Shown one piece after another: positions 27,601 to 40,181 of a DNA stretch of 64,000 nucleotides. The translations under genes and the position numbers were made by a program. Under the pieces are notes generated by a model. That model had not been told where the DNA came from. It saw only the letters and a program-made list of their open reading frames with translations, and searched no databases. The number at the start of each line of letters is the position of its first letter. Positions within the stretch are counted from its first letter, which is position 1. Source of the DNA: Marsupella aquatica (lineage: Eukaryota > Plantae > Marchantiophyta); contig OZ316897.1 in NCBI GenBank assembly GCA_973895155.1, forward strand, positions 6,399,327 through 6,463,326, given 5' to 3'.

Positions 27601-28660
27601 GGCATCTACAATAAACATCTGGCCGCAATAAGGGGGGAAGAGGGAGAGCTATGGATGAACTCACAGCCAATGGCACCTTGCCACATGGCAGGGAGATGCC
27701 TGAACCAATGGGAACAAAAATCCTGTAACCCTGTTTGAGTTAGTAATAACCCTTCTCCAAAATGGGGGGACAGGTTGACAAATATTCTAATTTGAGGAAG
27801 AGTTTCCTAAATTTGGGTAATTTGGGGGACATGTTAATAAAATGCAATAAGTAGTTATTACATAAATTAGATAGATTAGATTAGGACAGGGAAGTGCCAT
27901 TGCCCAGGGGCCAGTCCGGTGACGCCTGGGTTGTGCCCTGACGCCGACATACAGGCATAGGTGGGGCCATTACTAGAGAGTCCCGGTAATTGCACATCAA
28001 AAGTGTGCACTCTACTGTATTGGCACAGTCCCACATGCTGGGACGCTACGCCCAGTTGTTTGGGAAGTATTTCTTGCACCTAAGTTCTTTCCGCCCGAAT
28101 TGCTTGTAAAGATCTTTCTGTTCAGGGCAACCTTGGGCACCCGGCTGACCTGCCCAGCCCATCTGCCCATACCTGCCATTATGCTGCCCAGCACCGCGGC
28201 TGCCCGTACGTTGCTGCCCAATCTTCCTCTGCCCGAACCTCGCCTGCCCGCAGTTCACCAAAAACATTTCGCCCCCCCTGCCCACGTTCTGAAGGGCAGG
28301 TACTCACATGCTTCGGACATGGATGGAATTTGAGTCAGGCACAGACGGAAAGACCGGGCAGCCCTGTGATACCTTCGGAACTGACTAGAACATTGCCGCA
28401 CACAATTCTCGTACCTCGAAGATAATCATATTTCCGTTGACGCTTGTCACGGTATGAAACAAAGACGGGTAGCAAAAGCACAAGGTAATTGTACCGGCTC
28501 GTCAAAGCATGACATCCGCGACCCGTGAACGTCTTTCTCCTCTTGTCTTTGTGCCCAGCTCTCAGTCCTATGTGTTTAGGGTTTAATGTCCCGCAATTTT
28601 GTAAGCCCTCGTCTCTGAAGAACCACATTCCATACCATTGCGAGGTTGTTGGGGGTCACT

Positions 28661-30134
28661 ATGGAAGCCGCAGAGCCCGTTTCAATTGCGTCCAATTGTC
28701 TCAAAGCAATTGAAGGGACTCATTATAGAAAGGTCCTGAATGCTAAGCACCTAAATAGGCTGGACTGGGATTGTGTCATTCCTGGGTGCCCTAGCGCGAA
28801 AACTTGGGCGAGGAAAGATCGAATCAACGAGCATTGGCGCCGGTGCCATAATGGGGTCGTTCAAATTACACAGCTTGGCAAGGGAGGGCGGAAGCCCGTA
28901 GACGGCAAGGAAGGGAGGAACGCCTCAAATGAAGAGATGCTTAAACTCATCCGAACCAGGCACGGCTTCTTTCCCTGGAGGTGGCAGCAAGCCAAGAGCT
29001 TGAAGCTTCAACAAGAGAAGAACTACGTGGTCAAGCAATTTCTCACCTGCCACTTGGGGTACCTTCAGCAGGGTCCTCCACCCCGCCCCGGCCCACTTCC
29101 TGCATTGTTGCTCGCGTTTGATGCTGTTGACCCTCCATATTTGGATACATGGGATCACCTTAAACACCACGTTTATAGGGTGTGGTTACTAGCACATTTG
29201 AAATTTGTGTTGTACGATCGTGGAGAAGAAGCGAAATCCTTCCGGGACTATATGGGATCGAGGCTCTCTGCATTGCATGACAGCCGGGCCGCAGTGAAGG
29301 GGGTGAAGAAAGTCGAGTCAGACTCCAAGCTTCATGCATTACAAAGTGTGGTGTCAGCTTGTCATGACCGAGGTGAACAATTGACTGAGCTACTCCGCGA
29401 AGCTCGGGCTTACATGGACGAAGCTGGTGCACGGTACTGGTATGATGCCTTCCATTCCGGTCCAGAGTGCGAGATAGAGGAATCTGCCACCATGAATTAT
29501 CTTGACTGGCGATTCAGCTCCTTAGGAAAGGAAAGAAAAATGAGCGTTGCCAAAACTGGAATTGCTCATCGCAGGAGGCGTCTTCTTGAATTAGGCGTGG
29601 ACGAGGACGAACGCACAGCAAAAATTCAGGTACCCGCTCAGTCTCCACAACCTCCGTTGTTTGAGAATTACACTTTACAACACGACCATTGCCAACGTAA
29701 TGAACACAGCCTTGTGGTTCTGCACTTATATTGGGTGCTTGCTATAGGGTAGGTTTACCGATGCCGAACAAGATCTCTCCGACGACGATGAGAAATTTAG
29801 AGCCCGTGTGAGCAGGTTTGAATTGCACCTGGAAGTCACCAAATTTGTTTTGGACAACCCAAAATTGAAACCAGCGCCTTTGGGGGTCTGGGCAGCTATA
29901 TTCCAAGTTGCCGACGGAGATTCCCGGGATGATAAGCTTGTGGTCAGTGCTAGTGAGAACCGCGGTTCCATGCAGTGGGAGCATAGGGCTCAGGCTTTTT
30001 TGAAAAGCTTATTGCAAGCCACCGATGTTGTTCCTTTGCGCCAAAGTAAAACCAAGCGAACCGGGGCGTTGGTTGGGCACAAACGAAAGAAGGCAACAGA
30101 TGGGACTAGGCGTTCGACACGAACTAAGCCATAA
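28661..30134 (+). CDS. Unrecognised protein with an N-terminal C2H2-like zinc finger, paralogue 1 (~451 aa, 2 exons)
   Basis: Exons 28661-29629 and 29748-30134; phase-0 GT-AG intron at AKIQ|GRFTD. Motifs DWDCVIPGCP..INEHWRRCH, GFFPWRW, DWRFS and NRGSMQWE are shared with the genes at 46.6 kb and 58.5 kb. Confidence 0.8.
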
Positions 30135-31608
30135 GGGCGGTGAAAAAAACTCCATACATGAACCATCTGCCTCATCAGCACTTTGGATCCAGACATATGT
30201 GAACCTGCGAGTCCATACTTACTACAATCGTAATGTTTCCAAACCTGAATTCTTACGTAGCGCAATCAAAACCAAGCCTGGATAATTCTGAGGCTTTGGA
30301 GCATTGCATCATTCTTACACGACCATGTGTCCAGATACTTTGAAATAGAACACAGAACCCGCATTCATACAAAAAAGCGTTCTCCATATTTCAAATCAAT
30401 TAAATGGCGAATGATAAAGTCATATTCATTCTGTCAAATCCCTCTGTGCGCCCGTGAACAGTGTGCGTATTCGGGTTATGTTTGTCAAATGTTTGCCATA
30501 ATCGTGGTATGTGGCATTTATTCCAACAGTTCGCCCTTTCGTATTGTTGGCTATTCGTATCGTACCGCGATGTTCAATGCAATTATTCATAATCGTGGTA
30601 TGGGGGATTCATCCATTTCCCGGTACACATATGTTATGGGATGGCCACGGAGGGTAAAGGTGGGTATCGCCGTATGTATGAATGTCTCCATAAAACTGTG
30701 CCAACAGCAAACTGGACGGAGTATGCAAAATTATATCACTGCAGACCTCGATATCTCTCACTTTGATCAGCGTTACATGTACAACCCTGTGCTTTGAGGG
30801 GAATCATGATCTACGCTTGCTTCACAGGGGATCGAAATAACGGTAAGCACAGACTTGCAATTTGGTTGTGTTTTCTGTCATGGGCCCTGTGTAGTGTATT
30901 ATTGTGATAGGTGCATGAAGCAGCTTTGTGCCGGAGCAGGGAACAGTGACATTTCAGTTCTCGTGTAATGAGATGAGAGGAGAGGAGAGGAGAGCAGGGG
31001 AGAGCTATAACTAACCTCTATCATTCTCCCCTTAACTGCTCTAAACTAGGCTTTCTCTAAAAGCTTCTTCCCTGTGTACTGATTGACACAGGGTCGTCAT
31101 CTCGGAGATTCCTACACAACCATTAAATGGCCCTTCTCCCTCCACTGCCATAGCCTTCTTGTCAAACTTGGTTTAGGAATATATGGCCTCCATGAATCTC
31201 GACCCTGTTCCTCATGGATCCCTTTTACTCAAAACCACTTTCTACTCGACAAGCGAGACCCAGCGCTCTTGTTGAGTACCTCATCAAGACTAATGTCTGG
31301 TTCTAGGACATGACGCTGAAGCTTAGGGTTTAGGGTGAACTAACCCATCCTTGTCCGATCCCCATAATCTAATTATTCACATTCACGAAACATTTGACGT
31401 GAAGAATTTGAGCCCGACAGTTCTTTTCTGGAAGCCGCAATAGCCTCTGCCATCACATGTAATATTAGCGTTTCATACCACGATGCGAAATTTCATGCCA
31501 TCAAATCAATGACTGCTCACAGTGCATTTCCACATTCCGACGTTTGACCTACGGCAGGGGCATGTTATGCATTACGTGTTGGTGATAATTTATCCAATCG
31601 TTCTCTCA

Positions 31609-32087
31609 TCGCTGTGCTACTTATCCTTCACTGAGGTCTACTGTAGTGTTCATGGTCGACAACATACATTTGATCTAATCAAACCGCGATAAATTGGATA
31701 CCAAAACTAAGTATCATTGTATGTCTACCACCCATCAGAGTCAAAGTCAGTATCATCATCATTCTGCGAGTCACTGGTTTGGCAAATGTCAAAATGCAAT
31801 TTGGAGAATTGAGTTACCACATTTCAATTGCGATTAAAAAATCAGGGAAACAACCCTGAAAAACAAAACTACATTGTAGTATCACAACACCAGTCGATAA
31901 AATCCGGCATCGTGTCCCTCGCTGCGCTACTTATCCTTCACTGAGGTCTACTGTAGTGTTCATGGTCGACAACATACATTTGATCTAATCAAACCGCGAT
32001 AAATTGGATACCAAAACTATGTATCATTGTATGTCTACCACCCATCAGAGTCAAAGTCAGTATCATCATCATTCTGCGAGTCACTGG
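31609..32087. repeat. Direct repeat, 169 bp x2 (31609-31777 and 31919-32087)
   Basis: Near-identical copies spaced 310 bp apart; they duplicate the 3' end of the adjacent minus-strand ORF. Confidence 0.9.
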
Positions 32088-32376
32088 GATGGTCGGCCTC
32101 ATGATGAGCTCTCGCCTCCTCCTTTGCTCTCTTCAAATAAAATTCCGAGCTCCTTGCGCGCTCCTTGCGAGGTTTCTTTACCGTCCGCTTACTGGGGGCC
32201 TTCTTGACCCGCAAGGCCCAGGCGGGACAAGGCACCGCTCCTTCTTGCTGCTCCAAAGGTGGTCGTGGAGTTGCCCGTTCTCCTGAAGGCTGCCCCTTAG
32301 TGGCAATATTAGATTGAGCTGCAGGGGCCTTGTCATGGCCTGCCTTTGCACCGTCCTTGTGGTTTGGAGGAGCCAT
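32035..32376 (-). CDS. Small low-complexity basic/acidic hypothetical protein (MAPPNHKD...DDDTDFDSDGW)
   Basis: Open frame with a Lys/Arg-rich NLS-like segment and an acidic tail; no recognised domain. Confidence 0.35.
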   Translation of the reverse strand: MAPPNHKDGAKAGHDKAPAAQSNIATKGQPSGERATPRPPLEQQEGAVPCPAWALRVKKAPSKRTVKKPRKERARSSEFYLKRAKEEARAHHEADHPSDSQNDDDTDFDSDGW

Positions 32377-33099
32377 GGAAGTGGGAAGGAAGCTAAAATG
32401 GAGCAGTGAGCAAGCACAAACTCCCTTGCCTGCAATGTGCTTAGGTTTGAGCACTGTGATAAACATTCACGAAGGTAGGCCACTTCCTATCGACAATTAT
32501 GTTGTGCAGAACCTCGTTCCTCTAGGTTTATATGCAATTGGATATAGGGTACAAATCTGAAGACCATCTTCGCATGTTTACGTTCTTGCATTGCGGAGCA
32601 TCGCAGAGCATTGCGGAAAGGCATTAGTGCGCGTCTATGTCAGTCAGTGCCAATCGCGTGTCGCGCCCAAACTGCTTAATACGTGAGATTTATAAATGTT
32701 GTCATGGTATGATAGTAGGACGGAGGTGTACGCCTTCACCCCTGCCGGTAATCACACATCAAAATGTGGCTGCATTCATTGATCGATAGACAAAAACTTG
32801 GGATATCACGGTATGCATGAGGTGTCGTACATAGTATGTGTCGTCATTTGATGTGCACCCGTCCTCACCTGGGCCAGCAATTGTGTCCAATAATCATAAC
32901 CATACCTTCATACTAAATCACGATCACGAGGCACTGCCGCTTAGGTTCCCTTCACATACCAATCGCCCCCATTGGCCGACACCTACCAGAATTGATGCCG
33001 AGCACACTTCAAAAAGTACTAATGTGCGACCTGCACTCATGGATTCACGGAATTCATGTATGTTCTTCACAGTATGACACTACACCTTAAATCAAGTTA

Positions 33100-33400
33100 A
33101 TCTTCCTCCCCTCATCTTTCTAGTACAACTCCTTGGGTCCACATACTCCCGAACAAGATTAGCTTATCTTTCTCCCTCATCTTTCCGTTACAACTCCCTG
33201 GCTCCACATACTCCCATAATAGATTAGCTTACCTTTCTCTCCTCATCTTTTGTATAGAAGTCCGTGGGTGCACATACTCCCACAAAAGATTACCTTATCT
33301 TTCTCCCATAAAACAAAGTCGGTTTAGGTACTTGGCTCAACATATTCCAATAAAACAAGCTGAATCTTTGCAATTTAACTTGTTGCTCCACATACTTCCA
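33100..33400. repeat. Degenerate tandem repeat, ~62 bp x4-5
   Basis: CCTCATCTTT...CACATACTCCC...AGATTA.CTTA.CTTTCTC recurs in tandem. Confidence 0.75.
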
Positions 33401-33401
33401 T

Positions 33402-33922
33402 ATAGCATGCTCATCCTGGAACATACTTTATTTTTTGTCTTGTAGTGATCTGAAAGTAAATAAAATATGAGAGCATAGAAGTGCTATTATATAAGTAAAG
33501 TGTCTGCCAAGAAAAGCACACTGACCAAGAAAAGGTACAGTCAAACAATGCTACGACTTAACTCAGGGTGCCTTATGAATGACACTCCTTTCAATAAAAA
33601 CCATAAACCTAGGAAAGAAAAACATGAGGAGAACTTAAGAGGCTATGCATTCATGTTCTTCAGCATCATTTCTCTCACTCGTGGTGGTGGAGCCTTTGGT
33701 TTCATCTCTAAGAAAACACATATTGTGAAAGGGGGCTGCCAAAATAAGTTCAAAACACTCTAGAGTACCTAAAACTAAAGGGGTCTAAAAATTAATTAAA
33801 AATGTATAGAATACAAAGGCTGCCCCTTGATAAGGCAGATTGAAATGAAAATACATGACACAGAAATCTCAATAAGACAAAATCTGAAATGTGCATTCAC
33901 CATATAGCATATAGCAGCTTCG
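33402..33922 (+). mobile_element. AT-rich dispersed non-autonomous element, divergent copy 2
   Basis: Starts TAGCATGCTCATCCTGGAACA and ends CATTCACCATATAGCATATAGCAGCTTC, matching the ends of the 24.1 and 43.9 kb copies. Confidence 0.55.
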
Positions 33923-34929
33923 AAATAGTAAGTTAACCCCTCATCTTTCTATTATAACTTGTAATTAGGTGATTATGAAGGGTTGAACTATAGAACTCCT
34001 GCTGGTAATCACACATCAAAACGTGACTGTATTCATTGACTGAAATAAAAAGAACTAGGGTTATCACGGTATGCAGGGATGTCGTACAACTTACATGGCA
34101 TATTTTGAGAAACTCTAAAACCCTATAGAGGCCCCTATAAATTGTAAACTTAATATTTTTGTAAGCTACTCTTAAATGGTAATAAGGTGTTTTCCAATAA
34201 GTTCAAAGACGGCCACATGTTGAAGGCTTGGACGGTCCGCTGTAAGCACCGCCCATGACCTCCCGCCCCTAACCCTAAACCCTATATCCTAAACCCTGCT
34301 TAGCCCCCTCTCCCCACAAAAGCGACCTCGAGGACGGTAACCAAGTGACGTCCCTGACGACCCTGAAGTAAGGCCGTCCAGGACGGCTCTATCCTCAACC
34401 CCACCGGCCGGCGACCTGCGATGATGTTTTCCCCCATGGACGTCCATATCCTTCAGGTGACGTCTTGGACGGCCCCGCGTAAAGCCGTCGGGGACGTCCA
34501 TCTTACAAAAACTAACACCGAGGGATGGGCTCGATGACTTGGTATTTTCTTTCTTGAAGGACGTCCATGGTGGCCGGTAGGGAAGGCGCCGGCTCCACAC
34601 TCAATGCGCACTCAGTAGGCCACCTTTTGGACTCGATTTTCTTTCTCTACATCCGCAGCTGCTTAGGGATGGTGCACCTGAAAGCTGAACGAAGTTTGTT
34701 AAGTGGTTAAGCCATACTGAATCGGTGAAGTTCAGAGATTTCTTGAAGTTCAGGAAGCTATGGATTTCCGAACTTCGCCCGATTAGTACTCTCTCACCAG
34801 TTCATCTTCTCAGTTTCTTTCTTCTCCAGTAGCATCGTGGCTACACCAGGACCTTGTCATTGGCAACCTGAAATCCCAATGTTTAGCCATTCAGGATAAT
34901 TGCATAGTCTTCTCTGATTTTCAGATTCT

Positions 34930-36717
34930 ATGGCTGCCCGAGTTCTACCAGTTAGTAAGAGCATCAGGGTGAATCTACCTTCTGACCCTGATGCTTATTT
35001 TCACCTCTTAGGCAACCTAGTTGAGATGGGATTGAGTCACTTGCTTTTTCTCCCATGGGACATGGTGCATGGATCCCTCATTGCAGATTTTCTTCGAGTA
35101 CCGAGCCCTGGTACTTTTAGAAGTTCCACTAGAGGTTCGACCAATGTTTGCACTCCTGCTATAGTTGCCGAGGTCTATCAGTTGAGTCAGGAGGGAGAGA
35201 GATTGTACTCCGTTGGGGAGGACTTGACTGCTCGCTACTTTCGAGGTGTCAGAGATCGGAGGACTAGTTGGAGGATTGATCAGTGCAGGAACCAGGAGTT
35301 AGCTCATTTGCTCCGATTCCTTGTACCCATTTTTCATCCTACCAAGCCCATTAGGGTTATGGTTTACTTAGCCAGTTCCATCATTGCTTCATGGACCGGC
35401 AAGAGGAAGATCAACTGGGCCCTAGTTCTTTCAGAGGTCATCGCCAAGCAGGTTGCGGTTGTCACTACTACTAGCCAAACTTATTTGACACCTTACTTGG
35501 CGCATGTCTACTGGACGAGACATTGTTTGTTACCAGTGGAGCCGAGCGATTGGAGGAGGAGAGTGAGACACTTTGAGCTTCCACAGCCAGAGTGTGCGAG
35601 AGAGCTGACTCCACCACCTACGACATCACCGACACCCCCAGTGCAGCAGGCGACACCACCAGAGGTACCAGGGACAACTTCTTCCACTTTTGTGACTTCC
35701 ACCTCTTCCACTTCATGGACTGATTTTATTGGTGATGCTGAGAGACTAGCTAGTGTGGCTGGTTTCAACCAGCATTTGGTTGCCGAGGCTACACGACTTT
35801 TGACCTGTACCCCATCCCAGTTACTTGATTGTATTCGGAGTTTGATTGCGGATCCTCGTTCTACTCCACTTCCCCCTGCCTCACCCTTAGTACCTTCCCC
35901 CCAGCCTGATATCCCTATGGATGTTGAGGAGCCAGAGGTACCCATAGTTGATGCATGTATTCCTCCTACATGTACACCCACTCCCGAGCACCTTCCTTCT
36001 CCCATCCCCGAGCCTTTACCACCTTCACCTGTACCCTCTCCCCTTTCATCCCCTTCCACTCAGGAGGCCACTTTACCACACTCTGATGTTCTATCTCCCC
36101 CCCCTACCAGGGAAGGAAATGAACCCATTCCCGAGCCTAATCCGAATACTGAGACATTAGAGCCCCCCAGTGTACCATTTCTAGCTCCTACACCTTTGAT
36201 GTCTCAGCATCCTATTGTCTCTTCTACTGCTGATATTGAGCCCCTTTTTGCTCTTCCTGCCGCGTTTGCTACCATGATCACTACACTGATTGACACACGC
36301 ATTCCTCTTGCACCACCCTTACCTCCACTGATGTTTGGTTCCCACTCGCTCCCTTTTGTACATACATATGACATGGTTCCTAGTTATCCTGGTATTTTAT
36401 GGCTTCCTATCGACAAGTTGCGCATGCCAGAGATTGAGGGTCCACAGTTGTGGAGTTGGGTTTATCATTGTAGAAAGGTCATTGCACCTATCCCTCTTCC
36501 AGCCCCGGACATTCCATGGCCCTCAGATTATTATGTTTGGATTGGACCGGATGGACATCCCATCCGGAAGACCAGTGACCCAGATCTGATGAGACTCCGA
36601 CAGGATATTTTTCGCCGACAGTATTTGAAGGGCAATAGGGCCAAAGGGAAGTTAGCACTTGGATTTGTAGCGAGTCTTCCCCTGATTGTAGTTGACCCTC
36701 CTCCTATTGTCTTATGA
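34930..36717 (+). CDS. Intronless 595-aa ORF resembling accessory ORFs of bryophyte LTR retrotransposons, with a Pro-rich C-terminal half
   Basis: Long uninterrupted ORF. N-terminal motifs LLFLPW, LRFLVPIFHPTKPIRV, GKRKINW and YLTPYLAHVY resemble TE-associated hypothetical proteins of bryophytes, from recollection rather than a search. No gag/pol or LTR seen. Confidence 0.6.
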   Translation: MAARVLPVSKSIRVNLPSDPDAYFHLLGNLVEMGLSHLLFLPWDMVHGSLIADFLRVPSPGTFRSSTRGSTNVCTPAIVAEVYQLSQEGERLYSVGEDLTARYFRGVRDRRTSWRIDQCRNQELAHLLRFLVPIFHPTKPIRVMVYLASSIIASWTGKRKINWALVLSEVIAKQVAVVTTTSQTYLTPYLAHVYWTRHCLLPVEPSDWRRRVRHFELPQPECARELTPPPTTSPTPPVQQATPPEVPGTTSSTFVTSTSSTSWTDFIGDAERLASVAGFNQHLVAEATRLLTCTPSQLLDCIRSLIADPRSTPLPPASPLVPSPQPDIPMDVEEPEVPIVDACIPPTCTPTPEHLPSPIPEPLPPSPVPSPLSSPSTQEATLPHSDVLSPPPTREGNEPIPEPNPNTETLEPPSVPFLAPTPLMSQHPIVSSTADIEPLFALPAAFATMITTLIDTRIPLAPPLPPLMFGSHSLPFVHTYDMVPSYPGILWLPIDKLRMPEIEGPQLWSWVYHCRKVIAPIPLPAPDIPWPSDYYVWIGPDGHPIRKTSDPDLMRLRQDIFRRQYLKGNRAKGKLALGFVASLPLIVVDPPPIVL

Positions 36718-37554
36718 CATTTGTACCTCATTTGCTAAACTTATTAGTGTATTGAGCTTTTACTACTTCACCACTTGCGTAGTTGAACGTTTACTACCCC
36801 TCATCTTTGTATCACTCCATACTGTGATGAATTTCGTGAATTTTGTAATATCGCTGACCGCACGGGGATATTCCTCTTGCTGTTCATGGACCCTGCCATG
36901 TTTGGGTGCTCCATACCGTGATGAACTTCATGAAGTATGTATTATCGCTGACCGCACACTGTATACTCCTCTTGCTCTTTATGGAGTTCATGTTGAAGTC
37001 TTTTACACAACTTCATAACCTCGAAAAGGAGAGGAAGATATATCAACTCCTATAATACACAGTTGCGCCACTTTTTAGAGTGGTCGTCATTCAAATATGC
37101 AGGGCACAAAAATTAAAAAATCTGACCAAGAGAAGGAATAAAACAAAATTGAATTATATTGAGTGTGAAATTTCCAAGCAAGAACTAAAGGGGAATTGGG
37201 AATGTCAGGGAATGCCAATACACAATAATCAAATATTTTATGGACCATCTATGTATAGTACTATCCATGCATACTAAGCCCCATGCATAGAAATAGTATT
37301 TTCCATGCCTAGACACAATTACCCCATGGTAATCTATGTCCTAGGAGGAGTTTAAATGATTACAAATATTACATAATGTAATAGAAAAGTTCAAACCAAA
37401 AAATAGTACAAAAGGCCTAAAGGGGGGGGGGGAGAAGTTAAGGTTTTCAAGGAATTACAAAATGAAAAATACTAAGACAAAAATCATTCTTGACTGGTTA
37501 TACTTTGTGGTTGTTTTACTCATTTTTTGCGCCCATTTTGCACAAGATTTTCTT

Positions 37555-37912
37555 AAGAACATCTTGGGCGACACCACATCTTTTTTCTTAAACAACAACG
37601 TCTTGGGCAACACAACATTAGTTTTTCTTAATGACATCTTAGATGACATGACATCTTTTTTCTTAATAACATCTTGAATGGGAGACATGACATCTGTTGT
37701 TCTCAACGACTTTTTGGCCGACATGACATCTTTTGTTATCACCGGCATCTCGGCCAACACGACACCTTTTGTTCTCACATCTTGGGCGACACAACATCTT
37801 AAGTTCCTTCTCAACGACCGATGACTTGGCCGACATGACATCTTTATTCTCAACAACCTCTTGGACGACACGACCTCTTTTGTTCTCAACAACATCAGGA
37901 ACGACATCTGTT
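37555..37912. repeat. Degenerate minisatellite (~30-40 bp units)
   Basis: GAC(A/G)ACATCTTTTGTTCTCAAC-like and TCTTGG(G/C)CGAC units recur about 10 times. Confidence 0.7.
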
Positions 37913-38758
37913 GTGCAATGCATGGGTATTGAGCTAGTGGAATGATAAAGACAACTACAATGGCACGCATGAGTCCAAAGAGAGATGAACTTGTGGAGTG
38001 ACGCCCTCTATCACTCCCCTAGTACTATGCAGAGTGAGAAGGAGGGAGGAATATAAGATGTGCATTCATTGATTTATAGACATCTAATGTGGTTTATCAC
38101 GATTGGTATGCTGCCCCATTTTCGTGTCCATTTAGCAGGATTGTTTGTGAGCACCCTTATGTAATTCGGAGCCTGCTTGTAATCATACATCAAAATGTGG
38201 CTCCATTCATTGATTGAAAGTCACATTACAAGTATCACGGTATGTAGGGGTTCCGTACATAGTATCTGTAATATTACATGGTCTACAGTGAACGATGTAT
38301 ACCTAATTGTTAAGCATTTATCGTCCCTGCTGGTAATCATACATCAAAATATGGTTGCAGTCATTGATTGCAAGAGAAAAACAAGGATTATCACGGTATG
38401 AAGTGGTACCGTACATAGTATATGTCATATTTTGATGCGTTTATCGTGGACTGGGCTAGCATGCTCCGTACTCTATTACGTGATATTATTGGGACGGTAT
38501 TACTTAGCGTGAATATTACGTTTACCTTGGCGGTACTTATCGCAAGTCGATAGCAGTGGAAGTGTGCACAATAGTTTTGATGCGGCGAGTAGCAGTTCTG
38601 TTTGCGGGCGCAGATACAGCTTCGACTTTGAGGCAACAGCTCCGACTTTGATTTGCGTGTGTTGTGAGCGATATGATAGCGCGGCCGCAGGCGGACTTGG
38701 AAGCAACGGGTTGAAGGCAGACGTATGCCCCTATCCGCGTTACCAACCTCTCCACGCC

Positions 38759-39412
38759 ATGGCTGAATGGACTCCACTCGCAGAATTTGAGGGTTGTCAG
38801 GCAGCTTCTAAAGGCAAGGACTTTCCACCCTCCTTGGTGTGGGCGTTCAATTATGTAGCCAGGCATCCATACCCACATAAATTTGTTTACTCTGCGTGTC
38901 CACAAACTTCATGCTCGAGATCGCTCGAATTCGGGCCGCAATGTGGGCATCGTTTACCGGGGGAACCAAAGTTTAGATTTGAGCTCGTTTTATTCGATGC
39001 AGTACACGGGGCGCGAAAACCCGTGCGGGCTAACATCTGGAAATGTGCCTGCAATTTGTTGAAGTGTACCCCATACGACTTCAATGTCTTGCCTGAGCTA
39101 GACCAGGTTCGTCTGGTACAGTCAGTTCTGCAGAATTGTCCCAAGATTAAAGTGTCACTTTCAATAAGAGATATGGAGTTGCATATTGAGCACCTGACGA
39201 TTATGGATGAGGGTTTGACAGTGCCACGTTCCCTACATGCTGGGTCCTCCAGTGCGAGGAGGCCCATCGCCAGGACTTCCACCAATGGTAAGGAGACTGA
39301 GTTGACTACTCCAGCTAAGTCTTCGTCAACTACTCCATCGAAGTCTTCTAGTGCAAAAAAAGTCCTCAGCAATCTTATAAAGGCATTGCAGGAGGCTGAT
39401 CTAGACGACTGA
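38759..39412 (+). CDS. RPA70 C-terminal (DBD-C)-like OB-fold protein with a zinc ribbon, ~217 aa
   Basis: FVYSACPQTSCSRSL..CGH..PKFRFELVLFD..VRANIW..ACNLLKCTPYDF parallels the RPA1-C pattern YxACxxCxKK..C..YRxxLxxxD..W..AxxLLG. Ser/Thr-rich tail. Confidence 0.6.
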   Translation: MAEWTPLAEFEGCQAASKGKDFPPSLVWAFNYVARHPYPHKFVYSACPQTSCSRSLEFGPQCGHRLPGEPKFRFELVLFDAVHGARKPVRANIWKCACNLLKCTPYDFNVLPELDQVRLVQSVLQNCPKIKVSLSIRDMELHIEHLTIMDEGLTVPRSLHAGSSSARRPIARTSTNGKETELTTPAKSSSTTPSKSSSAKKVLSNLIKALQEADLDD

Positions 39413-39831
39413 CCGCTACATGGCCGCTTATTCAAGTTTAGCGCAAGGGTGGACTTCGAAGGCGTAGGGATTTTTGTCAGTTTTGTAGGGACCCAGTGTG
39501 CCGAAGGTTGCTAACGAGGAGACTTCTGGGGATTTTTGTTTAGTTTGCACCAGGTTTATGATACTGAATACACACCGTGCTCGTGAATGATCAATACATA
39601 CCATGATTTTCGTCAGTTTTTTATAACTCAGTGACTGCGCGCCATATATTTTTGCATTTTCATGAGCAGCAAGCATGGGCCTTTTACCCTGCGCCGTGTT
39701 TCTCTTTGTGCCTGTATATCCCTTCATTGTACTACGGTGTTTCGCTATCGAACAAATAAAGTTTTGTTTTAGACAATGATAATGTCGGGTGGCAAACTTT
39801 GTGGATGCTTCGAGGTTTCATTCACAGGTAA

Positions 39832-39962
39832 TAGGATTGACTGTTTCCATAAATCATAGTATGTCCGAGTACCCAGTGAGGCGGAGAGACGGCATACACA
39901 GATACTAGGATTGACTGTAAATCATAGTATGACCGAGTACCCAGTGAGGCGGAGAGACGGCA
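39832..39962. repeat. Tandem duplication, ~74 bp x2, each with the motif variant ATCATAGTATG
   Basis: TAGGATTGACTGT...AAATCATAGTATG.CCGAGTACCCAGTGAGGCGGAGAGACGGCA starts at 39832 and 39906. Confidence 0.85.
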
Positions 39963-40181
39963 CCCGGCGCGCCAAAGGCTACTAACGACACGACGGTTGC
40001 TAATGAGGAGACTGATTAACTATGATCAAATGTATGACAATACATACCATGATAAAATTGAGTCTTGTCATCATATCACTTATTTCACATCGCACCCTCG
40101 TAGGACTCTTTATTTATGCATACCGCGGAAATGAAGTACAACATGCCATGCACTGGCCATTGCATCACAAACAGCAAGAAA

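Noticed and set aside
24810-27700. Decayed coding fragments in short ORFs
   Set aside because: No recognisable motifs or consistent exon chain; probably old TE debris that cannot be assigned by eye.
27880-28400. Left terminal inverted repeat of the giant element
   Set aside because: A GC-rich, TGCCC-rich block follows an AT-rich stretch and precedes the first motif site. No partner end is visible in the window, so the boundary cannot be called.
35508-36059. Gly-rich 183-aa antisense ORF, and similar shadow ORFs at 2268-2750, 11227-11661, 38887-39435 and 56906-57505
   Set aside because: They lie antisense to better-supported coding frames and are explained as shadows.
37455-37970. 171-aa ORF with KDVMS repeats
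   Set aside because: Translation of a degenerate minisatellite; no independent coding evidence.
38500-39500. Autonomous Helitron
   Set aside because: Only an RPA-like ORF is present; I found no Rep/PIF1 helicase motifs or convincing Helitron termini.
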